From Yuukianura sp. NJ FZ-2021 (Eukaryota): a stretch of 64,000 nt of DNA. Below the pieces are notes generated by a model, which was given only the letters and a program-made list of their open reading frames with translations, was not told the DNA's origin and searched no databases. Position numbers and translations under genes: made by a program. Location of the stretch: positions 5,022,001 through 5,086,000 of the forward strand of contig CM102288.1 in assembly GCA_046563655.1 (NCBI GenBank). The letters are read 5' to 3'. This document shows positions 63,374 through 64,000 of this stretch, one piece after another; position 1 is the first letter of the stretch; each line of letters begins with the position of its first letter.

Positions 63374-64000
63374 CTACAAAAAAAAACGCTTTAATATTAT
63401 AAAATTTATAATATTACATTTGAAACATAAATCATGAGGCAGTTCATAATTAACACGGTGCGTGAAATGTTTTGTTGAGTTATCTGATTCCTCTAACCTA
63501 CTTTCTTTCTTTCTTACTTTTCAACACATCAATCAACATAATGTCGAGTGCCAAAGTAAATAGGACTTTGGAAAAGGTTTGACATTTGAGAAATGCATAG
63601 CTCAATCATTGTAGTACACAATAGCATGGGAATCACACACTACAATTCCATCAAGTAAACAGCTCATAAAAAGCCCCGTCGGTGAAAGCGAAAGTATCGA
63701 TTTCCATTCTCAAGTCCGCGTGACGTAAAAGAGAAAGAGGTTTTTTGCATGACTGTTGGTTCTGTCACAAAAATCAACTCAAACTGCCAGCTTAAGTTCC
63801 ACACTCAACTTTGGGAATGGAGGTAATTCTGAAGTGCACATTTTTGGCTCTTTGACATTTGGTCCTTCAATATTCACTCCACTCCTGTTTGGCCAAATAT
63901 GCTAAGCCCCTAAGCATCTAAACTACCTCAATTTTGTTGCTCGTTTAGCTGAACTGGGATTGGACGGGGGTTCGTTTTGCTTTTTAAGGTGGAAGTGTGC

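Overview
Eukaryotic, AT-rich, intron-rich arthropod DNA with many short GT-AG introns. The gene content suggests a basal hexapod such as a springtail; this is inference, not a firm identification. No prokaryotic operons, rRNA, tRNA or CRISPR arrays were found. I assembled spliced gene models by hand. In order, they are: a divergent ionotropic receptor (3' part), a secreted plant-type L-gulonolactone-oxidase-like FAD enzyme, a golden goal/THSD1 orthologue, a ricin-B-like secreted protein, a Gly-rich/YYPPQ propeptide, a receptor tyrosine kinase with an unusual Kelch-like propeller + 2 Ig ectodomain, a small multi-pass membrane protein, two secreted beta/gamma-crystallin-like paralogues flanking a non-autonomous Helitron, a THAP/ZAD-like/C2H2 protein with two H3-tail-like motifs, a secreted tandem-DOMON protein, a ZAD-C2H2 zinc finger, an atypical serine protease, SUMO, UBR3, an MFSD6-like transporter and calsyntenin (3' part). 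Four short MITEs with recognisable inverted repeats and target duplications are present. The left ~44 kb is mostly lineage-specific genes, and the right ~20 kb is conserved housekeeping genes. The most notable items are the Kelch-Ig-Ig-kinase receptor, the plant-type GULLO (horizontal-transfer candidate), the tandem-DOMON protein and a Helitron loaded with AGGTCA DR1 repeats. All family calls come from motif recognition; no database search was run.
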